A DNA stretch of 64,000 bases from an uncultured Gemmatimonadales bacterium (GCA_963842945.1 CAWJIM010000020.1:64001-128000); one strand, 5' to 3'; counted from the stretch's first letter, positions 1 to 10,972 are shown. Numbers and translations: made by a program. The notes: generated from the sequence alone by a model not told the origin.

Positions 1-579
1 AGGACGAAGTGACTCGCGCAGCTTCTGCATGCCGAGTCGTACCCGGGTCTTGATGGTGCCGAGTGGCTCCTGCAGGCGCTGGGCAATCTCCGACTGGGAG
101 AGCCCCTCGAAGAAGGCCAGCTCGATGGCCTGCCGCTGGGGTGGGGAGAGCGTCTCCAGCGCCGCCTGCACTTGCCGCTTGCGCTCGGTGCTGTCGTAGG
201 AATCGGCGGGGTCGGTCGGCGAGCTGCCCATGGCGAGCGGGCCGTCGGGGTCCCGGGAGGACGCGGATGTGGTGATCCGGTCTCGCCGGACGCGCGCCCG
301 CACGATGTCGAGGGCGCGGCTGCGGGCGATCATGGCCAGCCACCCGGCTACCGAGCCGCGAGATGCTTCGAATCGGGACGCGTCACGCCAGGCTTGGGTG
401 AACGCCTCCACCACCGCATCCTCGGCGTCGGCGCGCTGCCGGGCGACGCGGTAGGCCACGGCGTAGAGCACGTCGCCGTACCGATCGTACAGCGCCGCGA
501 TCGCCTGCTGATCGCCATCGGCCGCCCGCACGAGGAGATCGCGGTCGACCTGGGATGGGGCCGCTTCGGGTTTAGCCAT
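1..579 (-). CDS. ECF RNA polymerase sigma factor (SigK-like), 3' end outside window
   Basis: Hand translation: MAKPEAAPSQVDRDLLVRAADGDQQAIAALYDRY...AEDAVVEAFTQAWRDASRFEASRGSVAGWLAMIARSRALD...LSPPQRQAIELAFFEGLSQSEIAQRLQEPLGTIKTRVRLGMQKLR (sigma2 and sigma4 motifs). Confidence 0.9.
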   Translation of the reverse strand, partial: MAKPEAAPSQVDRDLLVRAADGDQQAIAALYDRYGDVLYAVAYRVARQRADAEDAVVEAFTQAWRDASRFEASRGSVAGWLAMIARSRALDIVRARVRRDRITTSASSRDPDGPLAMGSSPTDPADSYDSTERKRQVQAALETLSPPQRQAIELAFFEGLSQSEIAQRLQEPLGTIKTRVRLGMQKLRESLRP

Positions 580-688
580 GTGCCTTGGGTTGGAGGTGCT
601 TCCCCCAGTTGCCTGAGTCTACGCAGCAACTCGGACGCACCACAAGCAGGGCAGGGTGCTTTGGGGAGGGCCCGGGACTCTCCCGGGT

Positions 689-1168
689 TCATGGGAAGGG
701 TTTCGCGCCCTCGCCCCGGGTGAAGAGGAGCGTGACCGTCCGACGGCCATAGGTGGCGCGCACGATGTTCACCTGGTCGGGGAAACGCTCCCACAGGAGT
801 GCCACCAGAATGCGGGCACGTTGCAGCCCTCCACTGAGCGTTGCGCGGAGCTGGAGCAGCACGGTGTCGCCATTCCGCTCCGCTCCCGCCCAACGGAGCG
901 GCAGTGGACGGCCCGCCTGATCGGTCAGTGCGAGCGTTCCCCGAGCATAGCGGGAGAGAAGGGAATCAGCCGCTGGGGAATCGGTGAGATTGGGAACTGC
1001 CAGCGCCAGATCGTCAGTGAACGCCCGAACCCGAATGAGAACCTCCGGACTGTTCGGCTGGTAGCTGATCTCGGCGAGAGCGGTATGAAGTGGATGGGCC
1101 ATGACGGGAGGGGGAGGCTCCCAGGACCATAGAAGCGCCAGGGCAAGAAACGGGGACGACGCCGGCAT
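689..1168 (-). CDS. Secreted DUF6702-like protein
   Basis: Signal-like N-terminus then HPLHTALAEISY...VRAFTDDL...FPDQVNIV; typical neighbour of HupE/UreJ genes. Confidence 0.6.
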   Translation of the reverse strand: MPASSPFLALALLWSWEPPPPVMAHPLHTALAEISYQPNSPEVLIRVRAFTDDLALAVPNLTDSPAADSLLSRYARGTLALTDQAGRPLPLRWAGAERNGDTVLLQLRATLSGGLQRARILVALLWERFPDQVNIVRATYGRRTVTLLFTRGEGAKPFP

Positions 1169-1772
1169 CTACCAGGGACGTCGCGTTGCTGCCATCTCGG
1201 CGGCGACGGCAACCACGACCAGTGACACTGTGAGTACCCGGAGTCGATACGAGCGGACGCGGTTGATTTGTGAGAGAAGAAGAACGCGATCGAAAGCCGC
1301 GAGGAATACGCCTGCTGCGGCAAGCACCACGAGCTGCCCCAGCTCGATACCCACGTTGAAGCCGAAGAGCGGGATCACGACCGAACCGATGAAGAGCTGC
1401 TGCAGATAGCCGGCAAACCCGGTCCCATGCACCAGCCCGAACACTCCGGCAAAGAGGGGCCGGTAGCGTGAGGTGTGGCCGGCAGGCGTCTCGGCGCGCA
1501 CCACGACGTTCTCGACCCCATGGCCACGATGGTAAGCGGAATGAGAAACTCGGTCAGCCGCTGGGGGATCAGGAACCTCTCCGGTCGCGGCCAGTGCCAG
1601 GGTGATCGAATGGCCCACGGTGAATGCGGAGATCACCCAGAGGCTGTCTCGCCAGTCCCGGCCCTGGTAGATCGCGGCCAGGGCGAGCAGAAACAGGATG
1701 TGGTCGAGCGCATCGGCATTGACGATGTGGCGAAACCGAGATGCACGAAGCTGATGAATTCAGCACACCACT
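1169..1772 (-). CDS. HupE/UreJ-family membrane protein (frameshifted)
   Basis: DHILFLLAL, AFTVGHSITL, FGLVHGTGFA and FGFNVGIELGQ motifs across frames. Confidence 0.85.
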
Positions 1773-3068
1773 CGGTCCGCTTTGGCAGCAATGAGTCGAG
1801 GACGGCGCGGGCCTGAGCCGGCTGGAACGGATCCCAACAGGGATTCACTTCCAGCGCCCGCATGAGATATTCCGCGCGCCCGGGCTGCTCTCCTTGCGCG
1901 TGGGCGATCATGCCGGCATGGTAGAAGACCATGGCGTCACGGGTGCCCAGGGCCAGCGCTTTTTCGATCGCCCGGCCGGCCCCCGATCGTCACCCGATTT
2001 GTAAAGCGCCCAGGCGAGGAGGTCGTAACCGTAGATGTCCTTCCGAGACTGGATCTCCTCCTGAACTTTGGCTAAAACCCGGGGTACTTCGCGGTCGTGG
2101 TCGAGCAGGAAGAGACTCCAGGCGCGGTGGAACGGGCCCGGCTGCTGCGTGACCACCAGCTCCATCGCACGGTAGTACTGCTGGGCCTTGCTGCTGTCGC
2201 CCATCGACAGGTAGGCGTCGGCCAGCAGGCCGAGGGTCGCGGGATCCAGCGCGCTCGCAATCGCCTGCTCGCCGTACTCGATCGCCGAAGGCCAGCGGTG
2301 CCGGCTCGCCTCCAGCCGGGCCAGAGCTCCCAGAATGCGATAGTCCTCCGGCGCGACGGTGAGACCGTTCCGCAGCTCACGGTCGGCTTCGTCCAGATGC
2401 CCGTTCCGGAGGGCGAGGTCGCCCAGCCTGAGATCGAACCAGGCGAGCTGTTCAGCCGGGACGCCCTGAACTTGGGCTGCCTGGTCTCGTGCTGCGCGGA
2501 GCAGCGTCGCGCCTGCCCGGCATGGCCGTGCAGCTCCTGCCAGCGGGCCAGCCGGGGAGCCACGCTGAGCTTATTCCGATAGGTATTGAGCGAGCCCCAT
2601 CAGCCGGCGCTCCTGGTAGTCGCCCAACTCTACTGGGTTTCTGCGAGCAGCGCCCGGGCCGCGACCGAGGCCGAGTCCTCCGCAACCAATGGCGAGCAAC
2701 GTCGCGGGCCTCATCGAATCGATGCTGAGCCAAGAGGCTCGAGGCCAGCACTCCGAAGGCGTTGGCGTTCCGGCCGGTGCGGAGCGGAGCGAACGACGGG
2801 CATTCTGCTCGGCCCGAACCAGGTCTCCGTTATCAGCGGTCTCCCGCGCTCGCTGCAGATACAGTCCCGCCAGCTGGGCATAGTCGCGGGCACTGCGGGG
2901 GTCACGCCCCACTCGCCGCTGATAGAACTCGATGTCCAGATCGCGAATCCTCGCCTGGCTCGGCACCGGCTGACTCGCCGGGCGAGGGCCCCTGCCAGAC
3001 ACCGGTCGGGACACACCACTAACCGCCAAAGCGGTGACGGCGACGACGGCCCACCAGGTTCTCTGCAC
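1762..3068 (-). CDS. Secreted tetratricopeptide-repeat protein (several frameshifts)
   Basis: ORF pieces 2571-3068, 2452-2751, 1908-2204, 1633-1932 with helical repeats (YDLLAWALYKSG, YHAGMIAHAQG, RALEVNP). Confidence 0.75.
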
Positions 3069-3070
3069 GA

Positions 3071-3662
3071 TCAGTTCGGCGCGGCGAGGTAGGGAAACGT
3101 CGTGGTGACGGCCGGCGAGTCGAAGGCCACGTTGTCGGTGGTCAGCGCCTCCTTGCCCTGAGCGCCGTCCGGGTCGGCGCCGAACGGATCGCCGAACAAC
3201 GCGAGCAAGGCGAGATCGACCACGTCATCCTGCAGCTTGCGGCCGCCCCAGCCGTCGGCGAGAGGCGGCAGTCCCACCCAGTTGAGCCACCCCGCCGTGG
3301 CGGGGTCCTTGTTGGTCTGCACCACAAGCATGTCGGGTAGCAGCACCGAGCCCAGGGTATTGGCATAGTCAGCGGAACGGCCGGCGACGCTGCCGGGACC
3401 GGTCACGAAGGACAGGATCTCGGCCCCGATCAACGTAGCGTCGTCCTGAGGACCGATCGAACCATGGGTCGCGTGGCTTCGCTTGCTCAACAGCACCTCG
3501 CTCACCAGCGGGTTACCCAGCCGCTGCCCCTGGTTGTACATCCGGGGGGTCGAGGGGCTGGTGCTGTTGTCGTCGCTGCATCCAGTCGCGCCGAGGACGG
3601 CCAGCGCCACGCCTGAGCGCGAGTGTCACGCTACGGATGAGCCGGATGGTATTACGCTGCAT
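3071..3662 (-). CDS. DUF4331-family lipoprotein
   Basis: Lipobox GATGC; QRLGNPLVSEV, GGRKLQDDVVD, TDNV, TFPYLAAP; 5' frameshift. Confidence 0.75.
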
Positions 3663-3692
3663 GGTGGATTCCTCGAAGAGGCGCGTGAGTGA

Positions 3693-4436
3693 TCACAGGC
3701 TGATACTGCCCCAGATGCCCAACTTGCCGGGGGCACCGTTCTCGATCATGGAGCTGGGCAGCTCGATCACGATCGAGTTCACGTTGAATCCGTTGACGTA
3801 GTTCACGCCTGGGTTTCGGAAGAAGAACGGCGCCGACGGATTGGGGCTGAGCGCGCACGCACCCGAGAGGTTCCCGCCGACTGGCCGACGATCGGGCAGG
3901 ATGCAAAACGCCGCCTCCAGATCGATGAAGAAGGGATCGTCGCGCGGCCCGGCAAAGACCTGAATGCCGTTTCCGTTGCCTAGAGTCGTATTGAGCGCGC
4001 CGGAGACCGCCGGGGTGACATCGGCCACCTCGTTTTCCATGGGACCCTGCACCGGAGGCGCAACCGGGCCGCGAACTTGCACCTGCTGGCTGGATCCGTC
4101 GCCGGTAAAGGTCACCTGGATGACCTTGTCCTCTTTGGCGTCCCCGTTGTTGTCGATCTTGAACTGGTAAAGGACGTTGGGATCGAACGACGCCTGGGCG
4201 GGATCCTGCGCTTGAGCGGGCGTGAGAAAGGCCCGGGTATCCATGACGAGGACGATCCGGCCCGCGGCGGCACCCGGGAAAGCGTAAACGTCGGTCAGAT
4301 CGCTCTTCGGATTGAGCTCTACGAAGGGGGTATCCTGGTGATCGGAGCCGACGACCAGGGCCGCGGCGCCGGCGCTGGCGAGTGCCGCGAGTCCCGCGGC
4401 AAGACTCCACCGGCGGAAGGACCTTCTCTGGGGCAT
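3693..4436 (-). CDS. DUF4331-family secreted protein
   Basis: SDHQDTP, DLTDVYAF, YQFKIDNNGDAKED, VFAGPRDDPFFIDL, NVNSIVIELP. Confidence 0.85.
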   Translation of the reverse strand: MPQRRSFRRWSLAAGLAALASAGAAALVVGSDHQDTPFVELNPKSDLTDVYAFPGAAAGRIVLVMDTRAFLTPAQAQDPAQASFDPNVLYQFKIDNNGDAKEDKVIQVTFTGDGSSQQVQVRGPVAPPVQGPMENEVADVTPAVSGALNTTLGNGNGIQVFAGPRDDPFFIDLEAAFCILPDRRPVGGNLSGACALSPNPSAPFFFRNPGVNYVNGFNVNSIVIELPSSMIENGAPGKLGIWGSISL

Positions 4437-4506
4437 AGCCGTACATCTCCTGATCGCGAGGTGATGGCCAATCGCGACGGAACCGAGTGGTGTCCGTCAG
4501 CAGATG

Positions 4507-4531
4507 TACGCCGGACTCAGGAGATCGGATG
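4507..4531 (-). promoter_or_regulatory. Putative ECF-sigma promoter CATCC-N16-CGTA upstream of the DUF4331 operon
   Basis: Minus strand reads CATCC gatctcctgagtccgg CGTA about 70 nt before the 4436 start; an ECF sigma gene lies in the same cluster. Confidence 0.5.
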
Positions 4532-4586
4532 TATGGGCTGGGCGGCGCGAGCGGGAGTACGCCCGGAGAAAAGCGGGCAGCTGGTT

Positions 4587-5033
4587 TTAGGCTGTTTTCA
4601 CCTCGACGTACTTCTTAAGGCCGTCCAGCATCACGTTCCAGTTCTTTTCCGAGTGAGAGCGGGCCTCCTCGGTGAGATTGTTGTCCTGGGTCAGCGAGAC
4701 CCGGGTGCCATCGCCCTCGGGCGAGAGCTGGATGGTGACCGTGTGATAGTTCGCCGGCGTATCGGGGAGACCGCTCAGCGGACTGAAGTGGGTGTACTGG
4801 AGCGCCCTGCCGGGGTTGAACTGGCGGATCACGCCTTTGTCCTCGTAGTCCCGCCCGTTCCATTCGCCTTTCCAGAAGATGGGGCTCCCTTCCTTCCAGT
4901 CGGACTCTACGGTGGTGCCGAACATGTACTCCTTGATGGCCGACGGAGTGATCAGCGCATTCCAGACCCGTTCGACAGGCGCCGCGATGGCAATCGAACC
5001 CCGGGCAATGAGATTGGCCGTGTTGGTAGGCAT
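4587..5033 (-). CDS. SRPBCC/AHSA1-domain protein
   Basis: IAAPVERVWNALITP...YMFGTTVESDWKEGSPI...GTRVSLTQDN...NWNVMLDGLKKYVE; start 5033 (leaderless) or 5042. Confidence 0.85.
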   Translation of the reverse strand: MPTNTANLIARGSIAIAAPVERVWNALITPSAIKEYMFGTTVESDWKEGSPIFWKGEWNGRDYEDKGVIRQFNPGRALQYTHFSPLSGLPDTPANYHTVTIQLSPEGDGTRVSLTQDNNLTEEARSHSEKNWNVMLDGLKKYVEVKTA

Positions 5034-5047
5034 CTGACCCATCCTAG

Positions 5048-5305
5048 TTAGCGGATGACAATAGGCGGAGCTTGGTTCACCCCTTGCCCGGTGGACTCCC
5101 GTCGAGCCATCACCGCTGCGTCTACCCGAACCGCGAGCGCATGCATTCGCTCCCGATGGCGCGGCTCGCAGTCGGCCTCGATCAGAGAGAACCGCCAGCC
5201 CCGCTGCACGAATACGTAGACCAGCTCGGCGACCGCGGTATCCAGCTCCAGGTCACCCTCGAGATAGACCCGAATGATGCTGGCCAGGCGATCTGATTTC
5301 GACAT
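5048..5305 (-). CDS. Hypothetical protein
   Basis: MSKSDRLASIIRVYLEGDLELD...; co-oriented and tightly packed with neighbours. Confidence 0.5.
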   Translation of the reverse strand: MSKSDRLASIIRVYLEGDLELDTAVAELVYVFVQRGWRFSLIEADCEPRHRERMHALAVRVDAAVMARRESTGQGVNQAPPIVIR

Positions 5306-5316
5306 TCCCAATCTCG

Positions 5317-5564
5317 CTAGCGGGCTCGTTCCCGCTTGAAGTAGAGGTGCACCCGGCGGCCCTCGTTGGCGACGCCGGCCAGCTCCAGCCGTCCGCGCCA
5401 AGTTGGTCGAGCTCCTGCTCGGTGGGCAACGCCTCCGTCTCCAGGCTACGGACGACTTCCTTGTATTCCCACCGCGGCGTCACCGGAACCCAGGGAGGTG
5501 AGATGTGGCCCCCGCGCGCCTCGGCCGGTCTCGGAGGAAAGGGGACTTCTATTCGGGCTGACAT
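5317..5564 (-). CDS. DUF4177-like small protein (frameshifted)
   Basis: RWEYKEV...ELDQLGADGWELAGV...HLYFKRE across a frame change. Confidence 0.6.
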
Positions 5565-5964
5565 GGCTTCTCCCAAAGTGCCGTTGATATCTTATGTGCG
5601 CTTTAGGAAAGATGCTTTGGGGCCACACCGACGTCGAGGGTGTTCCTGTCTACACTGTGTCTCTGGCTCTTCACATCTCTGTTGGGGCCGCTACTTCCCG
5701 CCGATTCGCGGCCAGGCTTACCCCACCACCCGTGACCTCCGCCTTCTTGTAGCCCCTCGTCGCCGGTCCACGGCAACTCCCCGCGTACCAGCACTGCGAT
5801 GAGGCGGACTCGCTCTTGCGGCGAATATGGCCGCCATGGTGCCGGCCGCCCCCGCACCAATCATGGCAACACGGCGGCTCAGGCGATTGCCAGGCTGAGT
5901 CGAGGGGATTCAGAGCGGGTCATGGAACACAGAAACCTACTCCGGCCTGGAATAGGATTTTGTC

Positions 5965-8541
5965 ATGACTAGAGACATCACTGGCCGGGTCCACGTACGC
6001 GGGGCCCGGGAGCACAATCTCAAGAACGTAAACCTCGATATTCCGCGCGACGCCCTGGTCGTCTTCACCGGCGTCTCCGGCTCGGGAAAATCGTCCCTGG
6101 CCTTCGGCACTCTCTACGCCGAGGCGCAGCGCCGGTATCTCGAATCGGTCTCGCCCTACGCCCGGCGTCTCTTCCATCAGATGGCCGTGCCCGAGGTGGA
6201 CCGGATCGACGGGTTGCCACCCGCGGTGGCGCTGCAACAGCAACGGGGGTCGCCCACCACCCGCTCGTCGGTAGGGAGCGTTACCACCCTCTCCAATCTG
6301 CTGCGCATGCTGTACTCCCGGGCCGGGGACTACCCCCGGGGCCAGCCGTTGCTGTATGCCGAGTCGTTCTCACCGAATACTCCCGAAGGTGCCTGCCCTC
6401 GGTGTCACGGGCTGGGTCGGGTGTATGAGGTGACCGAGCAATCCATGGTGCCGGATGACAGGCTCACCATCCGGGAACGGGCCGTGGCGGCCTGGCCGAC
6501 GGCGTGGCAGGGGCAGAATCTGCGCGACATTCTGACGACGCTGGGCCACGATGTGGACCGCCCCTGGCGGGAGCTCCCCAAGAAGACCCGGGACTGGATC
6601 CTGTTCACCGACGAGCAGCCGACCGTGCCGGTCTATGCCGGCTACACGCTGGAAGAGGTGCGCCGCGCGCTCAAGCGCAAGGAAGAGCCCAGTTACATGG
6701 GAACCTTCACCGGCGCCCGGCGTCACGTGCTGCACACCTTTGCCAATACCCAGAGCCAGATGATGAAGAAGCGGGTCGCCCAGTACATGCTGAGCAGCCT
6801 GTGTCCGCTCTGCCATGGCAAGCGACTGCGCCGGGAGTCACTGTCGGTGAAGTTTGCCGGCATGGACCTGGCCGATATGTCGCAGGTACCGCTGAAGCGG
6901 CTGGCGGGAATCTTCCGCCCGTACGCAGAAGGGAAGGCTCCTGGCCTCACCCAGCTTCAGGAGGAGCACCCGGAGAAGGCGGTGGTTACTCAGCGCATTG
7001 CGGAAGACCTGGTCGCGCGGCTGGCCATCGTGCTCGAGCTGGGGCTGGGGTACCTCACACTGGACCGCAGCACGCCCACCCTGTCGCCGGGGGAGCTGCA
7101 ACGGCTGCGTTTGGCGACCCAGGTGCACTCCAATCTGTTCGGGGTCGTGTACGTGCTGGATGAACCGTCGGCCGGGCTTCACCCGAGAGATACCGAGGCG
7201 CTGCTGGGAGCCTTGGAGACGCTCAAGACCTCCGGCAACTCGCTCTTTGTGATCGAGCACGACCTGGACGTGGTTCGTCATGCCGACTGGATCGTGGACG
7301 TGGGACCCGCCGCAGGGGAGGAGGGGGGCCATATCCTCTATAGCGGCCCCCCGGAGGGTCTGGCCCAGGTCGAAGAGTCCCGAACCCGGCGCTACTTGTT
7401 TGCCGAACCAGCGGTTCGGTTGCGAGCCCCGCGCCCGCCTCGAGGCTGGCTGCGGCTGAGCGGTGTCACCCGGAATAACCTCCACCACCTCGATGTCGCC
7501 TTTCCGCTGGGCGTTTTCACCTCCATCACCGGCGTCTCCGGCTCGGGCAAGTCGAGCCTGGTGAGTCAGGCACTGGTCGAGCTGGTGGCGGAGCAGCTCG
7601 GCCACCAGCCGCCAACCGATGACGAGGAAGGCGAAGATCTGGAGCGGTCGCCGGTGATCCTAACCGGAGGCCGGATCGCTGGGGGCCTTGAGGGAATCAA
7701 GCGACTGGTGGTGGTGGACCAGCGACCGATCGGGCGCACGCCGCGTTCGAACCTGGCCACCTATACCGGACTCTTCGATCACGTCCGCAAACTCTTCGCC
7801 GCCACCCGGCAGGCCCGCGCTCGCCACTATGACGCCGGACGCTTCTCCTTCAATGTGGCGAAGGGCCGCTGCGAGACCTGTGCGGGCGAAGGCTTCGTGA
7901 TGGTGGAGCTGCTGTTCCTGCCCAGCGTGTACACCCCCTGTCCCACCTGCCACGGCGCCCGGTACAACGCCAAAACCCTGGAGATCACCTACCGCGACAA
8001 AAACATCGCCGACGTGCTCGGCCTGACTGTGGATGATGCCTTCGAGTTCTTTGTGGACGAGCCTCATGTTCGGCGGGCGCTCGACGTGGTACGCCAGGTG
8101 GGCCTCGGCTATCTCCGGCTGGGACAACCGGCGACCGAGCTCTCCGGCGGGGAGGCCCAACGGATCAAGCTGGCGGCCGAGCTGCAGCGGATCCAGCGGG
8201 GCACCACACTGTACGTTCTCGACGAGCCCACCACCGGGCTGCACCCGGCCGATGTGGAGCGGCTCATGGCCCAGCTTGACGGGCTGGTCGAAGCCGGGAA
8301 CACGGTGATCGTGGTGGAGCATGAGATGCGGATCGTGGCGGGCAGCGACTGGGTCATCGACATCGGGCCCGGAGCCGGCGAGGAAGGAGGCCACATCGTG
8401 GCTGCCGGAACCCCGGCCGTGGTTGCCGGCTCGGCCGTGAGTCGAACGGCGCCCTATCTCGCCCGGTTCCTGGGCACTCCGGGACAGGAAGCTGCGGAAG
8501 GAGACCTGGCCCAGGCGAGCGGGCAGCTCGCGATGGCCTGA
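5965..8541 (+). CDS. uvrA: UvrA-family ABC ATPase (class II / UvrA2-like, 858 aa)
   Basis: Two Walker A motifs (GVSGSGKSS), LSPGELQR and LSGGEAQR signatures, CxxC zinc sites, [10 protein letters not shown]-terminus. Confidence 0.9.
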   Translation: MTRDITGRVHVRGAREHNLKNVNLDIPRDALVVFTGVSGSGKSSLAFGTLYAEAQRRYLESVSPYARRLFHQMAVPEVDRIDGLPPAVALQQQRGSPTTRSSVGSVTTLSNLLRMLYSRAGDYPRGQPLLYAESFSPNTPEGACPRCHGLGRVYEVTEQSMVPDDRLTIRERAVAAWPTAWQGQNLRDILTTLGHDVDRPWRELPKKTRDWILFTDEQPTVPVYAGYTLEEVRRALKRKEEPSYMGTFTGARRHVLHTFANTQSQMMKKRVAQYMLSSLCPLCHGKRLRRESLSVKFAGMDLADMSQVPLKRLAGIFRPYAEGKAPGLTQLQEEHPEKAVVTQRIAEDLVARLAIVLELGLGYLTLDRSTPTLSPGELQRLRLATQVHSNLFGVVYVLDEPSAGLHPRDTEALLGALETLKTSGNSLFVIEHDLDVVRHADWIVDVGPAAGEEGGHILYSGPPEGLAQVEESRTRRYLFAEPAVRLRAPRPPRGWLRLSGVTRNNLHHLDVAFPLGVFTSITGVSGSGKSSLVSQALVELVAEQLGHQPPTDDEEGEDLERSPVILTGGRIAGGLEGIKRLVVVDQRPIGRTPRSNLATYTGLFDHVRKLFAATRQARARHYDAGRFSFNVAKGRCETCAGEGFVMVELLFLPSVYTPCPTCHGARYNAKTLEITYRDKNIADVLGLTVDDAFEFFVDEPHVRRALDVVRQVGLGYLRLGQPATELSGGEAQRIKLAAELQRIQRGTTLYVLDEPTTGLHPADVERLMAQLDGLVEAGNTVIVVEHEMRIVAGSDWVIDIGPGAGEEGGHIVAAGTPAVVAGSAVSRTAPYLARFLGTPGQEAAEGDLAQASGQLAMA

Positions 8542-8557
8542 GCGGGGAGTCGCTGGG

Positions 8558-8992
8558 TCAGCGGCACCCTTTATCGAAGATGATCAACCACCGGCCATCC
8601 CGCTCCCGCCGCCAGATCGAGCTGAAGGTTCCCACCTGCTGGCCTTTGGGGTCGAACACCGGGCCGCTGCTCAGGGCGAGCTTGCCCGAAGGCAGCACCT
8701 CGATCACGTCCGGCTTCCAGGAGAACGGCGGGTCCGGCTTGTCGAAGAACCGGCGCCAGCTCTTGAGCACCGCCTGTCTTGCCCCGCATCACGGTGGTGT
8801 CGCCAAAGAAAATGGCTTCGGGCGATACGTGAGAGCTAAACGCCTCGAAGTTCCGCTCGGCCATGCTGGCGGCGAAACTGCTCTCGGCGGCAAAAACCTG
8901 TTGCTTGAGCGGGAAGCTGCGCGATGTTGACTCAGGAGTGGAGAACTCAGGCCGACGACCGCGGCAGCGACCAGCAAAGCAAACCGTTTCAT
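8558..8992 (-). CDS. Secreted NTF2/DUF4440-family protein (frameshifted)
   Basis: Signal peptide MKRFALLVAAAVVG; FSWKPDVIEVLPSGKLALSSGPVFDP...FSSIWRRERDGRWLIIFDKG. Confidence 0.75.
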
Positions 8993-9044
8993 GGCGAAAT
9001 CCGGGAGGCAGGTGAGATCCCGACGGTAAGACGGCCTCGGGTGG

Positions 9045-10012
9045 TTACGCGGAGTGCGCGTCCCGCAGATTGGAGTGGCTGCCCCGGTAGGCGCGAAGCC
9101 AGCGCTCAAGCCCGACTAGATCGGGAATGATCTCCACGCCCTTTGAGGCTCGGCAGGCGAGGCGCGCCGCGGCCGCCGACCAGGAGAGGTATGCGCCGCG
9201 GGAGACCGCGTCTCAGCGACTGGATGGTGGCGGCGTTCCTGGGGTCGAGGCTGCACCGAGCTGAGCGCCACCACGCCGAGCCGGCGCCTCGCGGGCCAGC
9301 GACACGATCTGAGCGATCGGGGTATCGACCCCGAGCACCAGCGGACGCCAGCCGGCAAAGGAGAAGACGAGGGCCGCCATCTGGAGACCGAGGCCGTGGA
9401 GCTCGCCGGGAAGAGTTGCCAGCGCGGCAATGGGGCCGGTTGCCCGATCGCTCAGCGGCAGCCGCACCGCGCGGAGAAAATCTCCCAGCACTCCAGTGGC
9501 AAAATGCTCGTGGCGAACGTCCAGCCGCCCGTGCGCCCAGGCCTCACCCACTGAAGTGAGGAACGGAGCAGCTTGGCCCTCGAGGAAACCCACAGGCCCG
9601 AGGCGGGCCCAATCGTTCTCGATCCGGCGTCTCAACCCTTCCGTATCGAACGCGCGTACCAGGGCAAGCAGCTCGTCGCCATCCTGAGGAGTCTGTTCCG
9701 GAACCGAGGGCACTCGCCCGCTTGGGAGTTGCGGCAGCGATTCGAGCAAGGCATCGAGCGCCCGCTCCGATGCCGGAACCACCTCCGCGGCCCGGTGTCC
9801 CCGGGCAATGGCCTGGGCGGCTCGGCGGAGCCGCGGGAACGAGGCCCAGCGGGTAGACGCGGTGACCAGAAGGCTTTCTGACCGGCACTGGGAAGCCATA
9901 GCGGCGCTCCCAGGTCCGGATGGTGTCGATGGGAATTCCGGTGGCAGCCGAGAGGGCGCCGATGGAGAGCAGGCCTTCACTGGAGTCCGGAGCTGAACCG
10001 CGACGGGGTCAT
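9045..10012 (-). CDS. MerR-family, cobalamin-binding CarH/LitR-like photoreceptor regulator (frameshifted)
   Basis: MerR HTH (LSIGALSAATGIPIDTIRTWERRYGFP..RKPSGHRVY); W-x9-EH, ExHxxG (ELHGLG), SxV and LVGG B12-domain motifs. Confidence 0.85.
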
Positions 10013-10052
10013 AGGGGAGAAGTTAGTTCCTGAGCTGGACAGCCAGAAGAGC

Positions 10053-10084
10053 GAGCCGGCCCCGGGCACTTCCGGGACCGGCTC
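10053..10084 (-). terminator. GC-rich hairpin after the DUF378 gene
   Basis: gagccggccccgg...ccgggaccggctc inverted repeat; weak U-tract. Confidence 0.45.
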
Positions 10085-10090
10085 CGCCGC

Positions 10091-10315
10091 TTACGCGGTG
10101 GCGTAGCGGCGTTCGATGGCCTTCCAGCTGAGCAACCGATAGGCCGCGGAAAGACCTACCAGGACGTAGATCACCGCTCCGAGAGCGTTCTTGTTGCCGA
10201 AGCTGCCGGCGCCGGTGATGGCGGCCACGAGATCAAAGTTGGCCAGGCCGACGAGGCCCCAGTTGAGGCCGCCCACGACCAGCAGAGCGGTGGCGATGCG
10301 ATCGAGCGATTTCAT
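10091..10315 (-). CDS. DUF378 small membrane protein
   Basis: LLVVGGLNWGLVGLANFDLVAAI...IYVLVGLSA. Confidence 0.85.
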   Translation of the reverse strand: MKSLDRIATALLVVGGLNWGLVGLANFDLVAAITGAGSFGNKNALGAVIYVLVGLSAAYRLLSWKAIERRYATA

Positions 10316-10333
10316 GATGACAACTCCAGTGCT

Positions 10334-10896
10334 TTAGAAGGAGACCCGGAGTCCCGCCGTGACCGGCCAGACCCAGGCATTGGTGGTAGTGAGCTCGGAC
10401 TCGTCGCTCAGGGCGATATCTCCCTGGGGCGAGAGCACGAACGCGAAGGAAGGGTTGAAGTTGTAGGCGATCTTGGCGCCGGCATTGATGGCGAAGTAGG
10501 TGAAGTTCTCCGGTGCACCCTGGACATCGAAGGTCACGGCACCGGCGCCGAGGTTCACCAGGGCCTCCCAGCCGCGCTCCTTGGGACCGGTGAGGGAGTA
10601 GCCCACTTTGGCGAGGTAGTGCAGGGTGTTGATGTCGGTCGAGCTGGTCGCCTTGTCCTTATGCATGCCGTAGTCGAATTCTCCCAGCACGACCCAGCGG
10701 TCAGTCACCCGGTATCCCACGGCCGCGCCGACCGCACTACCGGTCTTGGCGACGTCGTCGATGTCGAAGGTGGGGACCACGGCGCCACCCAGGCCCTCGA
10801 GAAAGAGGCGCTTCTGCGGCATTTGGGCCTCCACTGGGCTTGCCCCAGGCGGCCAGCTCCGAGGCCGAGCGCCGCGGCCTGGATCCATCGTCTCAT
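10334..10896 (-). CDS. Small outer-membrane beta-barrel protein (5' frameshift)
   Basis: AGGAG RBS, signal peptide MRRWIQAAALGL, amphipathic strands, C-terminal VTAGLRVSF. Confidence 0.75.
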
Positions 10897-10936
10897 CACT
10901 GTTCTCTCCTGAGCTGAGGTCACATATCGCCATAGG

Positions 10937-10972
10937 CGAACGGAATATGAACAGGTTTTGCACAGAATGCAA
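10937..10972 (-). promoter_or_regulatory. sigma70 promoter (TTGCAT-N17-CATATT) overlapped by 11-bp-periodic TnnACA repeats (CarH-like operator)
   Basis: -35 at 10972-10967, -10 at 10949-10944; plus-strand cgaacg(10937), TGAACA(10948), TGCACA(10959). Confidence 0.55.

Noticed and set aside
581..688. Second ECF promoter directly upstream of the sigma gene
   Set aside because: CGTA is present but no CATCC-like -35 element lies at the proper spacing.
5603..5860. 85-aa minus-strand ORF upstream of uvrA
   Set aside because: No recognisable motif or clear RBS, so I cannot support it as a gene.
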